Position numbers and translations under genes: made by a program. Below the pieces are notes generated by a model, which saw only the letters and a program-made list of their open reading frames with translations, ran no database searches and had not been told where the DNA came from. This document shows, piece by piece, positions 25,725-36,400 of a DNA stretch of 64,000 bases (position 1 is the first letter of the stretch; the number at the start of each line of letters is the position of its first letter). Source of the stretch: Anaerolineaceae bacterium (GTDB taxonomy: Bacteria > Chloroflexota > Anaerolineae > Anaerolineales > Anaerolineaceae); contig JBASOE010000112.1 in the NCBI GenBank assembly GCA_049657925.1, positions 347 through 64,346 on the forward strand, given 5' to 3'.

Positions 25725-27292
25725 AATGCGCTATAGACCAATTTACCGCGAACAAAGGTGTGCAATGGTTTGATGTTGCCAAGTTCAGCAGGGCTTTGTT
25801 TGAACGGGTCAACCGGCAAGGTAATCAGGTTTGCGAGATGTCCAGGAAGGATCTGGCCGACACAACCAAGGCCGGCAATTTTGGCCGGGGCGAGTGTGTA
25901 AGCTTCAAGCACGACGCTGAGTGGTAAGCTCTGAGAGGATGGCCAATCTTTAGGAAGGTCAATCGAGAGTTCGTTTGGCCTGTAAACAGCCGCCTGCATG
26001 CCAAGGAATGGGTTGGGAGATTCGACCGGAGCATCAGAACCAAAAACGAGTTCAGCACCTTCTTCATGCAAACTGCGATAGGCATAGGCAAAAGCATTGC
26101 GCTTACCCCAATAACGCCTGGCCATCTCTTGGTCTGAAGGGAAATGGATGGGCTGCACCGAGGCAATAATGTCCAACTCTCCAAAGCGCTTAAAGTCTTC
26201 CTGCCGTAGACACTGCACATGCTCCACGCGGTGTCGCAAATGCGGCAGGTTGCGCTTGGTTTCAGCTTGTCGTAACAGCTCAAAACCGTCCAGAACAGTC
26301 TGATTAGCTGAATCCCCGATGGCGTGAATTGCCAACGGCCAGCCCGCCTTGGCAGCTTTTAACCCCAGCTCAAGGATTTCCTCCGGGTGGAGTAGCAACA
26401 AGCCGTAATTGGTGCTGTTTTCGTAGGGATCAATCATCGCAGCGCTTTGCGGACCCAATGCGCCGTCTGCGAAGGCTTTAATCCAACCAGGGGTGACGCC
26501 CATCTTGCTGAGCTCGTCCCGAAAGTCGTGTTCGAGGATCTGGTCTATGGCATCTGCAGGAAGATTTTTGACCACTTCGAGGGTTCTCTCGCCCCGTTCA
26601 GTGAGCATCCGTAGAGCTTCGAAGGATTCAAATCGGTCAAAATCGTGCACGCCGGTGAGTCCAAGACTGTGCAAGTATGTCTGTGTCGAACGCATTTGAT
26701 CAGCTAATTCATGAGGTCTGAGAGGTGGGATGACCTTGTTCACCAGACCCATCGCGTTTTCAAGCAAAACACCAGTCGGTTGTCCAGATGCGTCCCGCAA
26801 AATCTCGCCGCCTACCGGATCGGGAGTGTCGTTGGTGATTCCAGCCAGACTTAAGGTGGCGGAGTTGACCCAGCATGCATGCAGAGACTTGGCAAAAAGC
26901 AGAACGGGGTGATTACCGCTTACCGAATCAAGTTCCTGCGCTGTGCCATATTCCGCCGGCTCCCAGATATTGTGATTCCAATTGAAGCCTATTAACCAGC
27001 GATTGTCGTCTGTAGAATTGGCTGCTTTTTGCACTTCGTCCAGACAATCCCATTTGGTGTGGGCTTCGCAGTCAATTGCGTGTAGCCTTGAAGTTAGCAG
27101 TTCAAGGTGCAAATGAGAATCCCACAACCCGGGCAGGATGAAGGCACCATCGAGGTCAATACTTTCTGTTCCTCGAATTGTCGTATCTTCCATTTCGATG
27201 ACAGTCTCAATTTCTCCGGTGTGTATGCCGATGGAGAACAGTCCTGATTTACCAGGCAAGTGTGCGTTGTTGAGCAGCATTCTTTCAGTCAT
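25721..27292 (-). CDS. Amidohydrolase-3 family metal-dependent hydrolase (YtcJ-like)
   Basis: LPGLWDSHLHL...HAIGD...RHRVEHVQ...GSDAPVE metal-ligand pattern. 523 aa. Confidence 0.85.
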   Translation of the reverse strand: MTERMLLNNAHLPGKSGLFSIGIHTGEIETVIEMEDTTIRGTESIDLDGAFILPGLWDSHLHLELLTSRLHAIDCEAHTKWDCLDEVQKAANSTDDNRWLIGFNWNHNIWEPAEYGTAQELDSVSGNHPVLLFAKSLHACWVNSATLSLAGITNDTPDPVGGEILRDASGQPTGVLLENAMGLVNKVIPPLRPHELADQMRSTQTYLHSLGLTGVHDFDRFESFEALRMLTERGERTLEVVKNLPADAIDQILEHDFRDELSKMGVTPGWIKAFADGALGPQSAAMIDPYENSTNYGLLLLHPEEILELGLKAAKAGWPLAIHAIGDSANQTVLDGFELLRQAETKRNLPHLRHRVEHVQCLRQEDFKRFGELDIIASVQPIHFPSDQEMARRYWGKRNAFAYAYRSLHEEGAELVFGSDAPVESPNPFLGMQAAVYRPNELSIDLPKDWPSSQSLPLSVVLEAYTLAPAKIAGLGCVGQILPGHLANLITLPVDPFKQSPAELGNIKPLHTFVRGKLVYSAL

Positions 27293-28157
27293 TGAGTCCG
27301 AGTTGGTTGGTGATGGTGTTCAAATCTTCGTCTGAGTAGTAGAAAATGGTAATGGTGCCCCCATTTTGGGATTTTTGCAACGCTACCTTGGTGCGGAAAT
27401 AGGTTCGTAATCGGTTTTCGAGATCGCGTTCTGCGGGAGTTGGCGGTATGGGGCTTGGTTTCGCAGGTACTTTACTGTTCAGGCGATTCACCAGGATTTC
27501 GGTTTGACGCACGTTGAGGCTAAGTGTCTGTATCGATTCGAGCGCGGATTCCATCAAGCGAACCGAGGACAAAGAGAGTAACACGCGCGCGTGACCTTCG
27601 CTGATCAGTTCATCTTGTAAAGCTTTCTGAACACCGGCGGGTAGGTTGAGCAAGCGCAGCGTGTTAGTAACCGTCACCCGGCTTTTGCCTACGCGACGGG
27701 CAATATCATCATGCGTAAGAGCAAAACTGTCGATCAGGCTCTGGTATGCCCGAGCCCTTTCGATGGCATTGAGGTCTTCGCGCTGGACATTCTCGATTAT
27801 GGCGAACTCGAGTTGTTCTTGTTCACTGATAGTGCGGACAATGGCTGGCACTTCTTTCAAGCCGGCCAGTTTCGCGGCGCGCAATCGTCGTTCTCCTGCG
27901 ATGAGGACGAAGCGATCGGTTTGGTCGGTGGAAACAACAACAAGCGGCGAGATAATCCCGTGCTCGCGGATTGAATCAGCTAATTCTTCAAGTGCTTCAG
28001 AGTCAAATTTCTTACGAGGTTGGTGCGGATTGGGGCTGATCTGACCAACAGGAATACTGAATACTTTGCCGGTTGTCAATTCGACTGGCGATGGTTTTTC
28101 TTGCCACCCCGGGATTAATGCATCCAAACCTCGTCCTAATCCACTTTTTTGTGCCAT
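27285..28157 (-). CDS. parB: ParB/Spo0J partition protein
   Basis: KSGLGRGLDALIP, IAGERRLRAAK, and an HTH region. ATG 28157 follows aggag, 4 nt after the parA stop. Confidence 0.9.
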   Translation of the reverse strand: MAQKSGLGRGLDALIPGWQEKPSPVELTTGKVFSIPVGQISPNPHQPRKKFDSEALEELADSIREHGIISPLVVVSTDQTDRFVLIAGERRLRAAKLAGLKEVPAIVRTISEQEQLEFAIIENVQREDLNAIERARAYQSLIDSFALTHDDIARRVGKSRVTVTNTLRLLNLPAGVQKALQDELISEGHARVLLSLSSVRLMESALESIQTLSLNVRQTEILVNRLNSKVPAKPSPIPPTPAERDLENRLRTYFRTKVALQKSQNGGTITIFYYSDEDLNTITNQLGLND

Positions 28158-28161
28158 TTTA

Positions 28162-28953
28162 TTACTCCTGGTTGGGATCAAAACTGACCCCATCACGGCT
28201 CAATAATTCCATTGCCAGAGAACGATATGCTTTTGCGCCGCTTGAATCGGGTGAATAGACCGAGATCGGCATCCCAAATGATGGGGCTTCTGCCAGTCGA
28301 ACACTGCGGGGAATAAAGGTATTAAAAACTTGCTCTGGAAAAAACTTCTGTACTTCTTTCATCACATCTGTGGCCAGATTGGTCCGTCCATCAAACATAG
28401 TCAGCAGCACCCCCCTGATCGTCAAATCAGGGAAGAGGTTTTGCCTTACCCGTGTGAGTGTCTGAGTCAATTGTCCAAGCCCTTCCAGGGCTAAGTATTC
28501 TGTTTGCACAGGGATGATGACGCCGTCCCTTGCAGCAATGAGGCCGTTTAGAGTTAGCAGTCCTAACGAAGGTGGGCAATCGATAAGGATGTAGTCATAG
28601 TGACTGGTCAAACCTGATACAAGCTTGTGCAGCCTGGTTTCGCGTTCACTGAGGTCGATCATTTCGATCTCCGCACCAGCAAGATTCGGCGAGGAGGGCA
28701 AAAGTGACAGCTTAAAGCGCGAATTGTGCAATATCTGGTCAGTGATGGGTTGTGACCCGATCAGCACTTCGTAAGTGCCATTTTCGATCGTGTGCCGATC
28801 GATACCAAGGCACGAGGTGGCATTTGCTTGTGGGTCCAGATCGATGAGCAGTGTTTTCTGACCGAACGAACCCAGGTAAGCCCCCAGGTTGATGGTTGTC
28901 GTAGTTTTACCTACACCACCCTTTTGATTGACAATTGTGTAAACTTTGCCCAT
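28162..28953 (-). CDS. parA: ParA/Soj ATPase
   Basis: Deviant Walker A NQKGGVGKTTT, and DCPPSLG. Confidence 0.93.
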   Translation of the reverse strand: MGKVYTIVNQKGGVGKTTTTINLGAYLGSFGQKTLLIDLDPQANATSCLGIDRHTIENGTYEVLIGSQPITDQILHNSRFKLSLLPSSPNLAGAEIEMIDLSERETRLHKLVSGLTSHYDYILIDCPPSLGLLTLNGLIAARDGVIIPVQTEYLALEGLGQLTQTLTRVRQNLFPDLTIRGVLLTMFDGRTNLATDVMKEVQKFFPEQVFNTFIPRSVRLAEAPSFGMPISVYSPDSSGAKAYRSLAMELLSRDGVSFDPNQE

Positions 28954-28963
28954 CCGCTTATCC

Positions 28964-29839
28964 TTAGATAATTTCCATTTTTGCCGCTTCGATTTCCTGC
29001 GGTTTAGGGATGCTGTCGAGGTAGGAACGCGTCACTGACAGTGCGGAAAGTTTTACCGCAAAATTAGCCGCCTCCCACGGATCCTTTGTAGTGTAGAGTC
29101 GGTGAAAAAAACAAGCCGCAAAGATGTCACCGGCACCAGTATCTTCCACCAGGTTAACTGCGGGTGCAGCAAAACTGTGCACATCCCCATTCCAGTAGAC
29201 ACGCGCACCAAGCTTATTTTCAGTGACCACCAAAAGCTTACACATTGCAGCGAATTCTTCGATCACTTCCTCTTCACCGCTGACATCTTCCAAACTGATG
29301 ACACAGGCATGACTGGCTTTGAGCAATTCATGATCAAACGGCCATGTGACTGGGTGTACGAGACCTTCCTGATCAACACCTCTCAACCATCCTTGCGGGG
29401 TTAAACAGATCATACTATTCGTGAAAGCGCGGAAGATTAGCGGGTCGATCTCGGCAGCAACTGGGCCGAGATGGACGATCGCAGGTTGGGTCCATTGCTT
29501 TGGAAGGTGTGAAGCGTTCAGCTGCGTCGCTGGGTGATAAAGGAATTGCACCCTCCCATTAGGCGTTGGGATATTGCGGAAGGTTGTGGTCGTCTCTGAA
29601 GCCACTCTTGAGATTGATAATTTATCCAACGCGGAAGTATTGCAACTGGTGGCACACGAGGTGATGATGCCCACAGAGTGTCCAAGTGCGTTAGCGGTTA
29701 AACCACTGAATGTCACTGTGCCACCGATGCGCGAATCGCCAGTTGGCTGTATGTCCTGAGTGACGTGACCAATGAGTAAATAGTCCACAGGGGAAAGAGG
29801 TTTAAGGGCATAACCAGAAAGTGGCAACATGTGTTCCAT
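28964..29839 (-). CDS. PfkB-family carbohydrate/nucleoside kinase
   Basis: C-terminal DTGAGDIFAACFF motif of ribokinase-like kinases. Confidence 0.78.
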   Translation of the reverse strand: MEHMLPLSGYALKPLSPVDYLLIGHVTQDIQPTGDSRIGGTVTFSGLTANALGHSVGIITSCATSCNTSALDKLSISRVASETTTTFRNIPTPNGRVQFLYHPATQLNASHLPKQWTQPAIVHLGPVAAEIDPLIFRAFTNSMICLTPQGWLRGVDQEGLVHPVTWPFDHELLKASHACVISLEDVSGEEEVIEEFAAMCKLLVVTENKLGARVYWNGDVHSFAAPAVNLVEDTGAGDIFAACFFHRLYTTKDPWEAANFAVKLSALSVTRSYLDSIPKPQEIEAAKMEII

Positions 29840-29886
29840 TTGAACTAAAAATTATAGCATGCCGACTCCGGAAACCGGTGTTAAGT

Positions 29887-31566
29887 TTAATTGAGTTGAT
29901 AGATTGAATAGGTTGGGTTTTGGTAGACAATCGGAAGGTCAGAAGGTGTCGTGTTAGGCAAGACCAAATAATCGGCTCCATATTTTTGTGCGAGACCTGA
30001 AAAGTCAGCATCCTCCAACGTTTCAAATGCTTCCTGGGTGTAGCGGAATGTGTCGTTGTAATTACTATTGAATTTCTCGATGGCACCTGGTGCGACATCA
30101 TTCATGCGGGTAACATATTCTTCAGTGAAAGCTGGGTCATAGTGCAACTCCAGCGATTCAGAAATCGTTACCACCGTACCTCGTTCAGAAAATACCCGCC
30201 AATCTGACTCATAATGCCAGAAGATGTAAGGAGGAGTAATGAATAAGGTGTCCTTAGGGGTATTTTCACGAGCCCAATCCTGTGCAGATCGCCAATCGCT
30301 TTTGAGGCCATAGATATGAATACCTGGTGAGAATAGACCGGCCGCAGTAGCGACGCCGATTTCCACGACAGCTATCAGGAGGATGGAGGCAATCGTAGTA
30401 GAAGCAGAGATTCGACGCAACTTAGTGTTCCTTAGCAACCAAATAATCAGTGGAACCACCGGGAATATGACAACGACATAGCTGAACACTAAGAGCAGCG
30501 TAAACCAGCCATTCATGTGTTCATTTTCCAATGTTTTAGCGATCAGGTAGGCGAAGTAGAGATAGGCAAAGTACAGCAAGAAAACACCGATACGAATCAT
30601 CTGAAATTGAATGATGAAAGTAACAGGTAAGAACCAGGCCGCCAGCGAACCCACTGTTATGACCACCGCAATAGCAATCAAAAAGCTGCGCATAGTTTTG
30701 TCGGTTTCGGAAATTGGGTGATGCCGAATGCTCAGCAGAATAATCGCGGCACAGGCAATACCTTGAAGTGTGCCTGCCAGCACATAAGGTTGCGGACCAA
30801 TCGGATAGTAGACCGTATAAAGGGTGGAACTCGACTCAAGTTTCGCCAGTTCCGGCCTAAGGGTAAAGTCAAGTCCAGGCGCAACGCCTTGTTTTTGCAT
30901 AAACATGGGGATAAACAACAACCCAAAAATCAGGAACGCCGGGATGAGGCGTTTCCAATCCAACCTTCTGATGTTAAGCAAGAGGTCCATTCCAATCAGG
31001 GCGATTACAAAAGCGGTATACACCAGGTGGATATTGAACATTAATCCGATTAACAAAGCGCTCCAAAAGTATTGCTTTTTAAAATACAAACTAAGCGCCC
31101 ATAGCAGGAAAGGTAAGGCAAAGGTGCGATTCAACAAACTGAATTCAATGATTTGAAAGCCAGGGAAACCGAGGTGGGGGAAAGTCAGTGCCAGTGTCAT
31201 TAAGACATTCGCGGTAGGGTTGTGGAACATGGTCTCGCATAAATCCCAGAAGGCCCAGAATGTCGCGAAGGTGACCAGTACGTGAGTGATAAACAGGGCT
31301 GGTTCAAATAAACCTGCACGATATGCCGGAATAAAAAGCGACCAGAAATAGGAAAAGTGATAGTCTTTGAGTTGCAGGAAAGGATCGCTGGAATAGAGAG
31401 TGGGGTCTTGATACGACTTGAAAAACGGGATGTGGAACACCTGGTCAAAGGTGCCAAAGTGGTAACCATTGATCAATATGGCGATCATGGTCAGTGCAGA
31501 AAAGAGTAGCAGACGCTTCCATAGGCAGCGATTCAACTCAGTCACGAAATTGTGAAAGTTCTTCAT
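29887..31566 (-). CDS. Large polytopic membrane protein with a C-terminal soluble domain (GT-C-like glycosyltransferase is only a guess)
   Basis: About 12 hydrophobic helices, then a ~160 aa hydrophilic tail. The preferred start is ATG 31566, 7 nt after a TATAAT. The track start is 31593. Confidence 0.45.
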   Translation of the reverse strand: MKNFHNFVTELNRCLWKRLLLFSALTMIAILINGYHFGTFDQVFHIPFFKSYQDPTLYSSDPFLQLKDYHFSYFWSLFIPAYRAGLFEPALFITHVLVTFATFWAFWDLCETMFHNPTANVLMTLALTFPHLGFPGFQIIEFSLLNRTFALPFLLWALSLYFKKQYFWSALLIGLMFNIHLVYTAFVIALIGMDLLLNIRRLDWKRLIPAFLIFGLLFIPMFMQKQGVAPGLDFTLRPELAKLESSSTLYTVYYPIGPQPYVLAGTLQGIACAAIILLSIRHHPISETDKTMRSFLIAIAVVITVGSLAAWFLPVTFIIQFQMIRIGVFLLYFAYLYFAYLIAKTLENEHMNGWFTLLLVFSYVVVIFPVVPLIIWLLRNTKLRRISASTTIASILLIAVVEIGVATAAGLFSPGIHIYGLKSDWRSAQDWARENTPKDTLFITPPYIFWHYESDWRVFSERGTVVTISESLELHYDPAFTEEYVTRMNDVAPGAIEKFNSNYNDTFRYTQEAFETLEDADFSGLAQKYGADYLVLPNTTPSDLPIVYQNPTYSIYQLN

Positions 31567-31682
31567 AACCCCCATTATAACTTTCCTGCACAAGCTTTCA
31601 ACTGCAAAATAACTATAAACATTTCAAATCGAGTTGGAACCTGATCTGCTTGTGATATAGTAATTTGAAAGGAAATATACGG

Positions 31683-33416
31683 ATGGAAGAAGATCTTTAT
31701 ACTTATCGCCGCGCGCTTGAGGACTTCAAACGAGCACGTACAAAAGCGGCTATGCAGCGGTTCTGGGCGTCACTCACGGGTGAAACGCCGAATCTGTTGC
31801 ATTACGCCGAAATTTCGGCAAAATTGCGCGCGGTGAGCCAATCCAACCTTGGTTTACAAGATGTACCACTCAAGCAAATTGTGGGAAGTGTTGGCCGGGA
31901 CGAGGATTTTGATCGACATTTTAATCCGCTTCACGATTCTGACCGACATCGTTGGGCAAGCGTAAAAACAGTGATGACCAGCCCAACCGGCAAAGGTGTG
32001 CCACCCGTTTCCCTCTACAAGATTGGTGAGATGTACTTCGTTCTGGATGGCAATCATCGTGTTTCAATTGCCAAGGAAATTGGCAATGAAATGATCGAAG
32101 CTTATGTCACAGAAATCAAAACCAAAGTTCCTTTAGGCTCAAGACTAACACCTAAAGAGCTCATTCTTAAAGCGGCTTACGCGGACTTTCTCTCGGATAC
32201 CAATATTGATACATATCTGCCCGGAATTGACTTCAGTCTTAATTTCATCGAGAATTATGAGCTCTTAAAGGAACATATAGAAGTTCATCGCTACTACATG
32301 GGCGTCGAACGAAACCGCCCGATTGAGTTCAATGAGGCAGTCAAACATTGGTATGACCAGATCTATCAACCAGTTACAGAAGCGATTGCCGCAGCCGGAT
32401 TGGTTCAGCTCTATCCAAATATGACACTCACCGATCTATATCTTTATGTACTTGATCAACAAACTAACATACAAAAACAATTTGGGACGAGCGTGAAGAC
32501 AGAACACGCCATTGATTATGTGGCGATGCAGGATGGAAAACTGGGTGAAACAACCAGTGTCAAATCTGCCACCTCTTTGGAAACTGTGCTGGAACAACCA
32601 GTTACTAATCAAGTAATCAATGAAGACCTCACTCCATTTGCCAGTTCTGATTGTATGTTTCGGGATATTCTGGTTGGTGTTGGTGGCTTTGACCCGGATT
32701 GGATTGGATTGCAACAAGGGATTCTGATGAATCGATGTCTGCAGGGCAACATCAGGGGTGTATACATTGCCTCAGAAGGTACTCAGGTGACGACGGAATC
32801 AACCCAAGTGTTACGTGAGGAATTTTCAACTCGCCTGGCCGCGGCTGGTATGGAAGGCAATTTGACAATCACATCAGGTTCAGTCACAAAAAAATTGCAG
32901 GAACAGAGTTTGCTCAGCGACTTGTTGGTGTTACGGCTACGTTTCCCACCAAGCGGTGGTCTCTTCGAGCGTTCGGGAGCCGGCATCGTGGAACTCATCC
33001 AGCGTGGACGTCGACCTATTGTGTTGGTCAAAGAAACACCTTTGCCCGCCACTAACCAGCTCTTACTGTATGACGGGCAGCCAAAGAGCAAAGAAGCACT
33101 TTACGTCGCCGCCTATTATGCATCGCGGATGCATACAAAACTCGCGGTCTTTACGCTCGATAACGGAATCACAGATATAGATATCGAAGTCAGTTTTGCC
33201 AAAACTTATTTGCGCAAGCTTGGGATTAATTTTAGCTATGAGGTTGAGAAAAGTGTCGATTTTGCCAGAGCAGTGCAATCCCAGATCGAAAAGAATGAGT
33301 CAACAATCCTCATCGCTGGTGGTTATAACGGGACGTCTTGGATTGGCAGAATTTTTGGTAGTTCTCTGGATACATTGCTTGGGGTGGTTGAAATCCCGAT
33401 GCTAATCTGCCAGTAA
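31683..33416 (+). CDS. ParB/sulfiredoxin-fold N-terminal domain fused to two universal-stress-protein-like domains
   Basis: PVSLYKIGEMYFVLDGNHRVSIAKE is a ParB/Srx DGxHR-type motif. The C-terminal halves are USP-like (ILVGVGG..., STILIAGGYNGTSWIGRIFGSSLDTLL). ATG 31683 lies after aaggaa. Confidence 0.6.
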   Translation: MEEDLYTYRRALEDFKRARTKAAMQRFWASLTGETPNLLHYAEISAKLRAVSQSNLGLQDVPLKQIVGSVGRDEDFDRHFNPLHDSDRHRWASVKTVMTSPTGKGVPPVSLYKIGEMYFVLDGNHRVSIAKEIGNEMIEAYVTEIKTKVPLGSRLTPKELILKAAYADFLSDTNIDTYLPGIDFSLNFIENYELLKEHIEVHRYYMGVERNRPIEFNEAVKHWYDQIYQPVTEAIAAAGLVQLYPNMTLTDLYLYVLDQQTNIQKQFGTSVKTEHAIDYVAMQDGKLGETTSVKSATSLETVLEQPVTNQVINEDLTPFASSDCMFRDILVGVGGFDPDWIGLQQGILMNRCLQGNIRGVYIASEGTQVTTESTQVLREEFSTRLAAAGMEGNLTITSGSVTKKLQEQSLLSDLLVLRLRFPPSGGLFERSGAGIVELIQRGRRPIVLVKETPLPATNQLLLYDGQPKSKEALYVAAYYASRMHTKLAVFTLDNGITDIDIEVSFAKTYLRKLGINFSYEVEKSVDFARAVQSQIEKNESTILIAGGYNGTSWIGRIFGSSLDTLLGVVEIPMLICQ

Positions 33417-36400
33417 TCAGATTCGCTTTAGGATGAGTTGAGTAACATCATCTGAAAAAGAGGCGTCTCCCCGGAATTTGGCTTGATCCGCCATAGTTGC
33501 GTCCAAAATTTCGTCTGCACTTAGGTTCCCAATCTTTTTTAGCAGACTCATGGGACGCTTCAAATCGTAGAATTCCCCATTGCTCGATGTTCCTTCGGTC
33601 ACACCGTCTGTGAAGAGGTAAATACTGTCACCGTGCTCAAAACTCAGCTGGTGTTCAGGTAATTTGATATCCTCAAACACACCAAGGGCAATTCCACCTC
33701 GGTTGAGTTGTCGCACCTCTTGAGCAGCATGTGAATAGAGAAGAGGTGGGTTGTGGCCAGCATTACAATAGGTGAGAATATTAGAGTCCAGGTCGAGCAC
33801 TCCGTAGAAAGTGGTCACAAAAAAGCCTTGTTGCGAGTCAAGCTGCAATAAGTGATTGACGCGCTCGAGAGCTTTGGCAGGGGAGGTCGTATCGAGTGAC
33901 GCAGCCCGAATGAGGGTGCGGCTGACGGTCATATATAGCGCGGCGGCCAAGCCTTTGTCTGACACATCGGCAATAACAATTCCAAACAGATTGTCGCGCA
34001 GCGGGAATAGATCATAAAAGTCGCCGCCAACTTGTAAAGCTGTCTGCCAGCGTACTGAGGTCTCGTAACCTGTCAATTTGGGCAGTACTTCAGGCAGGAA
34101 AGTTTTCTGAATCTGCCGTGCCAAGCCAAATTCGCGGTTAGTTCTTTCCTGCTCGTCTTGTATTTGCTTCAGATGGTTGTTCATGATCGCCGAACTCAAT
34201 TGTTGCGCCAAACCAGTAAGCAATTCGATACGCAGGTCGCGATTTGCGGCATGTCGATCGCGCGCGGCCATATAGCCATAATTGAGTCCACGAATTTTAA
34301 GGGGAAAAATAATCAGGGCAGATTCATCGTTGGAGTCGAGCGGTTGCTCTTCCTGAACCTCGTTGGAAGGCATGAACGGTCGCAGAGCCTCGAGTGTGTG
34401 AAACCAATTTCCCGGTTTGACATCAAGAGTCTTGGATGAGAGTTCCTCGAGTTCGGGCAGGTTTTTAATCTCAATGGATAAACCAATCAGATTTTTAATG
34501 CGGTGAGGAGGCAAGCTTTCGGTATTCAGATAGCGCAGTTTGAGTACTTCACTCTCATCAGTTTTCTCAATTAAGGCAAAGGACTCGAGACCGCTCAGGA
34601 TAGGCACCTCGCTGGCAACTTGTGAAAACCCTTCAGACAAAGTAGAGGCTGAACCGAGTACTTGAGAGAAATGTAGCAGCACGCGGGAAATGTATGCTTC
34701 GTTCTGTTTGGCATTCAGAAGGTTTATGTTTTGTAGAGAGACAGCCGCTTGCTGTGCAATTCCTTCGAGGATGGCATATTTCTGTTTTCCAATTACCTGC
34801 TCAGGTGGAGCTTCAACATACGGTTCTGAATCGATCTGCATCAAGAGACCGAGTACTTCGTTGTGTACGACCAACGGGAAAAGCAAGACCGTATCAGTGG
34901 ATTGCAGGTTCATCAGGGTCTGAATGTTGGGGTCAAACTTGTGGGCAGGTAAGGCCTGTGGTCTTGGGTCGGCAACCATCTCGTCGAGTAATTGGCTTGG
35001 GTTAAGCCTCATCGGTAGTTGATCCCCCAAGTAATCGCATGATTCATCAAAGGTCGATTGCAGATAAAAGGCAGACTGAACCGGGTCTCGCAACAGGATA
35101 CCGCCTGTCGATCCGCCGATGAGCAAAATCATCAGTTTGCCAATTAGATCGGAGAGGTCATCAACAGTGAGCAGAGACCTGGTAGCCAGTGCGACCTGCA
35201 GTGAGATGGTAGACAACCATGTTTGGTCGCGTGTACGTTCAAACGAGCGCTCATTCTCGATCGCGACCGCGGCATAACCTGCAAAAGATAAGGTGATATT
35301 CTGCGTTTCCAGCCCATAACGGCCATAGGCGTGGTGGTGTAAAGTGAGGACACCCAACTTTGTTCCCCCGGTGGAGAGGGGGGCTGCTACCGCAGAATAA
35401 GCTTGCTCGCCACCCATCCAGAGCTCAAAAGGATCCTCTGTATTTGTTGAATCAAAGATCAAAGGCTGATCTTGTTCCAGCGCTTGATAGAGCCAACTGC
35501 CAGCTGGAACTGAGATCCCTGTCTCGGGAGTCGCTGCAGAGCTGTCAAATACCTTGACCCATTCCAACTTCAAAACTGGTTGCAGGTGCCCATTGACTGC
35601 CTTTTCTTCTGTAAGCAGCCATAATGCTGCTATGTCACATGGCAGGACCTCTTCAATTTTTGTGAAAATGTCCTGGATGGCTTCATCAATAGAGATAGCC
35701 TGGGAGAGGTTTTTAGCAATATCGCGTAAAGACTCAGCCACATTACGCCGCCAACGTTCGGAAGCGTATAAATTTGCGTTTCGCAAGGCAATGGAGATGC
35801 TCGAAGCAAGAGTAGTGATTAATTCAATATCTGCTGGGGTGAAGAAGTCCGGTTCGTCGCTTTGTATGTCGAGAATACCCAGCAAGTTGTCAGCGATGCT
35901 TAATGGGATGGCGAGCTCCGACCCACTCGTACTCCCTGTGATCGGGTTGGGAATGAAGCGAGTATCCTGACTGACGTCGTTGACGAGTTGGATCTGGTTG
36001 GTGCGCAGGGCGGTTGGCAGGATTCCTTTCTCAGCGTTAAGATTGTAGGAAATTCCAGCCTCTTTGAATGCATCGGATCTGCTTCCACTGCCAGCGCGAT
36101 ACTCGATAGTTTTAGTGGCGTACTGGACAGTAAAGATGTGCACATAGGGATAATTGAATTCCTCGTGCAACAAGTCAGTGACTTTCTTGAGCAATTGATC
36201 AAGTTCCAATACGCTTGATATCGATCGACTCACTTCAGACACAACCGCTAACTGATCAGTCCGATTAGTGAGACTTTCGAAAAGTCGAACCCGGTTGATG
36301 GCCAGTGCAATCCCATCAGCCAAGGATGTGAGTACGACCAGATCGGATTGTGAGAAGGCATTGATATGATCGGATTGGACGTCAAGCACGCCGAGAATCG

